A stretch of 64,000 bases of DNA, from contig OZ223264.1 in assembly GCA_965140585.1 (NCBI GenBank), forward strand, positions 608,001-672,000, written 5' to 3'. Made by a program: the position numbers and the translations under genes. Below the pieces are notes generated by a model. The model had not been told where the DNA came from. It searched no databases and worked only from the letters and a program-made list of their open reading frames with translations. Numbering within the stretch: the stretch's first letter is position 1; each line of letters starts with the position of its first letter. This DNA comes from Spirochaetia bacterium. Lineage in GTDB: Bacteria; Spirochaetota; Spirochaetia; UBA9216. Below, one piece after another: positions 61,660 through 64,000 of the stretch.

Positions 61660-62313
61660 TTAAAATACCAGTTTATCCATTAATATGGTTACCACAACCG
61701 GAACAGTTATATTATCCAGGCCGAATGGAGTGACAAGTTCTATGACCGCGGCAGCCAGGCTGATACCTATTGCTGCGAACCATACAGGCTCATATCCTGC
61801 CGCTGACATGTAAATAATTACAACAGCATATGAAAAAATAAACATTGAAAAGCTGCCTGATAAAGATTTTTCATTTTTGAAAATTTTAATAGGCCCTCTA
61901 TGCCATTTTTCACCAATGATACTTGCCATTCCATCACCCCATCCCAAAACAAGAACTCCGCAGCCGGCTGCTGTCATGTTGAAATCCAAAAGGTATACAG
62001 CAAGGAGCAGAAGGACAAGCGAGATTGGGAAATATACAGTGCCGTAGTTGTTTCCATCTGCTGAATTCATTCCGGGAACCAGATCAAATCGGGCAATAAA
62101 GAAATTAATGATGATAAAGCTTACAGGCCCAATAAGTGCCCAGCCAAGGCTGTCAATCATCAGTGATGCAATTATCCACCAGAAGGAGACTCCTATGTGA
62201 ATGACTTTTCGAGCAAGGCTGTCTGATATTAACTTTTTGCCTGATAAAAGTTTTGCGATAAATATTATCAGAAAAATAGATAAATAAGAAATTATCACTC
62301 CAAGCAGGTTCAT
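61660..62313 (-). CDS. CTP-dependent polyprenol kinase (phytol/dolichol kinase, VTE5-like)
   Basis: RKVIHI, GTVYFPIS, GWGDGMASIIG, KSLSGS, DNITVP. Confidence 0.85.
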   Translation of the reverse strand: MNLLGVIISYLSIFLIIFIAKLLSGKKLISDSLARKVIHIGVSFWWIIASLMIDSLGWALIGPVSFIIINFFIARFDLVPGMNSADGNNYGTVYFPISLVLLLLAVYLLDFNMTAAGCGVLVLGWGDGMASIIGEKWHRGPIKIFKNEKSLSGSFSMFIFSYAVVIIYMSAAGYEPVWFAAIGISLAAAVIELVTPFGLDNITVPVVVTILMDKLVF

Positions 62314-62375
62314 TTATAACTCCACATTTATTCTTTAATCATTATATATAGTAAATCTTATAAAATCTATCAAAT

Positions 62376-62411
62376 AAAAAAGGCTGGCTGAGAAATTTCC
62401 TCAGCCGGCCT
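62376..62411 (-). terminator. Intrinsic terminator
   Basis: AGGCTGGCTGAG / CTCAGCCGGCCT stem with a T run following on the minus strand. Confidence 0.8.
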
Positions 62412-62438
62412 GTAAAGTTATGATATGGCAAGGTAGTG

Positions 62439-64000
62439 CTACTCTCCAATCGCCAGGGCTTCTATTCTATCACGGTTCCTGTCCGCTGATTTTTTCTCCA
62501 GTTCCCTTGCCGATATTATCAGCATCTGCAGACGGTTCTCGATGTTTGCAAGTGCTGTATCGGGATCATAATCAAGCGCGATGATCTGAATATGAGGAAA
62601 CTTCTTCTTTACAGTCTTAATCATTCCGCGGCCGGTAATGTGGTTCGGCATACATCCGAAGGGCTGAACGTATACAAAGGAGTTGACGCCCTTCTTTGCA
62701 AGCTCTATTACCTCTCCGGGCATCATCCAGCTTTCTCCTCCACGGTATGTCATATCCATCATATCGGAAGTGTTTTCGGCAAGATTCTTCACATCACCAT
62801 ATCCGTCATAAAACTTGAACTTCCGGTAGTATTCATCAACCTTATAGTGAACCGAACCGTACACATAGTCAGTGAGCCCATTGAGGCAGTAATCCATGAA
62901 TGGATTCGAGGTGTGACCGCGTCTGCCTTTCTCTTTCTTGATAACAACACTCTGCCTGAAAAAGTCATGCATGGCGGGGAAGACTGTTTCCATTCCATTG
63001 GCTTCAAGGTAGCGTTCTACATTTGCATTTGATTCAGGGTGGAAGTTCATCAGGATTTCTCCGATAATTCCGACTCTCGGCTTTCTGATAGTCCGGTCGC
63101 ATTCGACATTGTTGAACGCCTCAATAGCCTGTTCAAAGTACTTCAAAGCCTTTTTGCGGTTGCCGCAGATATTTTCGTAGATGAAATCTGTATACAACTC
63201 AAAAAGTTCATCGGATTCACCGGCATTAACCTCGTATGGTCTTATCTTCCGGCGTATCTCCTCAAGAACATCGGTGATAGTTATCGACCAGAGCATATTC
63301 ATCTGGAACTTAAGCGTAAGCTTGAAGCCCGGATGCATATCCTTTGTATCCTTACCTGTAGTCAGTATGGGCACATCGGCATAACCCGCTTCATCAAGAG
63401 CCTTTCTTGCAAGTCCGGCATAATGACCGGCCCGGCAGGCTTCACAGTTCTTCGCAAGGCCAATGGCTACATCTGTTGACTTATAGTTTCCATCCCTGAT
63501 TGTTTTTAACAGTTCGCCTACGTTGATCTGGGCCGGGTAGCAGATATCGTTGTGGACGTATTTCTTCCCAAGCGCAATGGCTTCCCTGTCGGCAAGCATC
63601 GCCGGAACAGCTTTGTAGCCTTCAGCCTCAAGAACCTTGGCTGAATACTTAGCAAAGGCCGGAGACAGGGTCGGGATCAGTACGGTCCTTCGCTTGTCTT
63701 CTTTTTCAAATTTCACCTCAAAGGGTTTGCTGTATTCTTTAAGCTCTACAGGATTGTCTTTTTTAAGCCGCCTGCTTGCTTTTACCGTTTCAATAAATGA
63801 CTTGATTCTGATATTAAGCGGTCCCTGATTTTCGCCCTCATCGAGTTTCAGAACCAGCATCTGCTTGCCTGCTCTCTCATTCAGGATTCGGGCCATCTCG
63901 TCCGAAATAATAGCGTCATGTCCGCATCCGAATGAAACAATCTGAACAAGTTCAAGGTTCGGATGCTCGGCGACAAAGCTTGCAGCAGAGTACATTCTGC
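62439..64000 (-). CDS. C-terminal part of a 2-hydroxyacyl-CoA dehydratase activase-related protein (runs off the window)
   Basis: SFGCGHD, VHNDICYP, CRAGHY, GEIL, QPFGCMPNHITGRG, DYDP. Confidence 0.85.
   Translation of the reverse strand, partial: RMYSAASFVAEHPNLELVQIVSFGCGHDAIISDEMARILNERAGKQMLVLKLDEGENQGPLNIRIKSFIETVKASRRLKKDNPVELKEYSKPFEVKFEKEDKRRTVLIPTLSPAFAKYSAKVLEAEGYKAVPAMLADREAIALGKKYVHNDICYPAQINVGELLKTIRDGNYKSTDVAIGLAKNCEACRAGHYAGLARKALDEAGYADVPILTTGKDTKDMHPGFKLTLKFQMNMLWSITITDVLEEIRRKIRPYEVNAGESDELFELYTDFIYENICGNRKKALKYFEQAIEAFNNVECDRTIRKPRVGIIGEILMNFHPESNANVERYLEANGMETVFPAMHDFFRQSVVIKKEKGRRGHTSNPFMDYCLNGLTDYVYGSVHYKVDEYYRKFKFYDGYGDVKNLAENTSDMMDMTYRGGESWMMPGEVIELAKKGVNSFVYVQPFGCMPNHITGRGMIKTVKKKFPHIQIIALDYDPDTALANIENRLQMLIISARELEKKSADRNRDRIEALAIGE

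Noticed and set aside
1-64000. CRISPR array, IS element, integrase or prophage
   Set aside because: No spaced direct repeats and no transposase, recombinase or phage motifs in any ORF.

Overview
AT-rich (roughly 40-45% GC by eye) chromosomal window from an anaerobic or facultative diderm bacterium. Gene content suggests a free-living spirochaete (inference only). In order it holds: a frameshifted aldo/keto reductase; a hybrid histidine kinase with an HD-GYP regulator; one intact and one truncated [FeFe]-hydrogenase with near-identical promoters; a protease-rimK-deacylase cluster; an IclR/Fe-ADH/AOR/MoaD/SDR operon; ALDH with LysR; a diguanylate cyclase; a serine hydrolase; tocopherol-cyclase-like and TspO-like genes; an Hsp70 homolog; an AraC/ABC/ECF uptake cluster; tRNA(CAT). 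It ends in an isoprenoid-respiration locus: carotenoid genes (crtI, GT2, crtB, cruF, crtE, crtD-like, acyltransferase) run directly into a CCG-type succinate dehydrogenase/fumarate reductase and menA, which converge on a phytol-kinase-like + DUF92 gene pair. That last locus is the best candidate for an undescribed system, a hypothesised prenol/phytol salvage route feeding quinone prenylation. At least seven genes are damaged by nonsense codons, frameshifts or deletions. I found no CRISPR array, transposase or integrase. All product calls come from motif recognition, not database searches.
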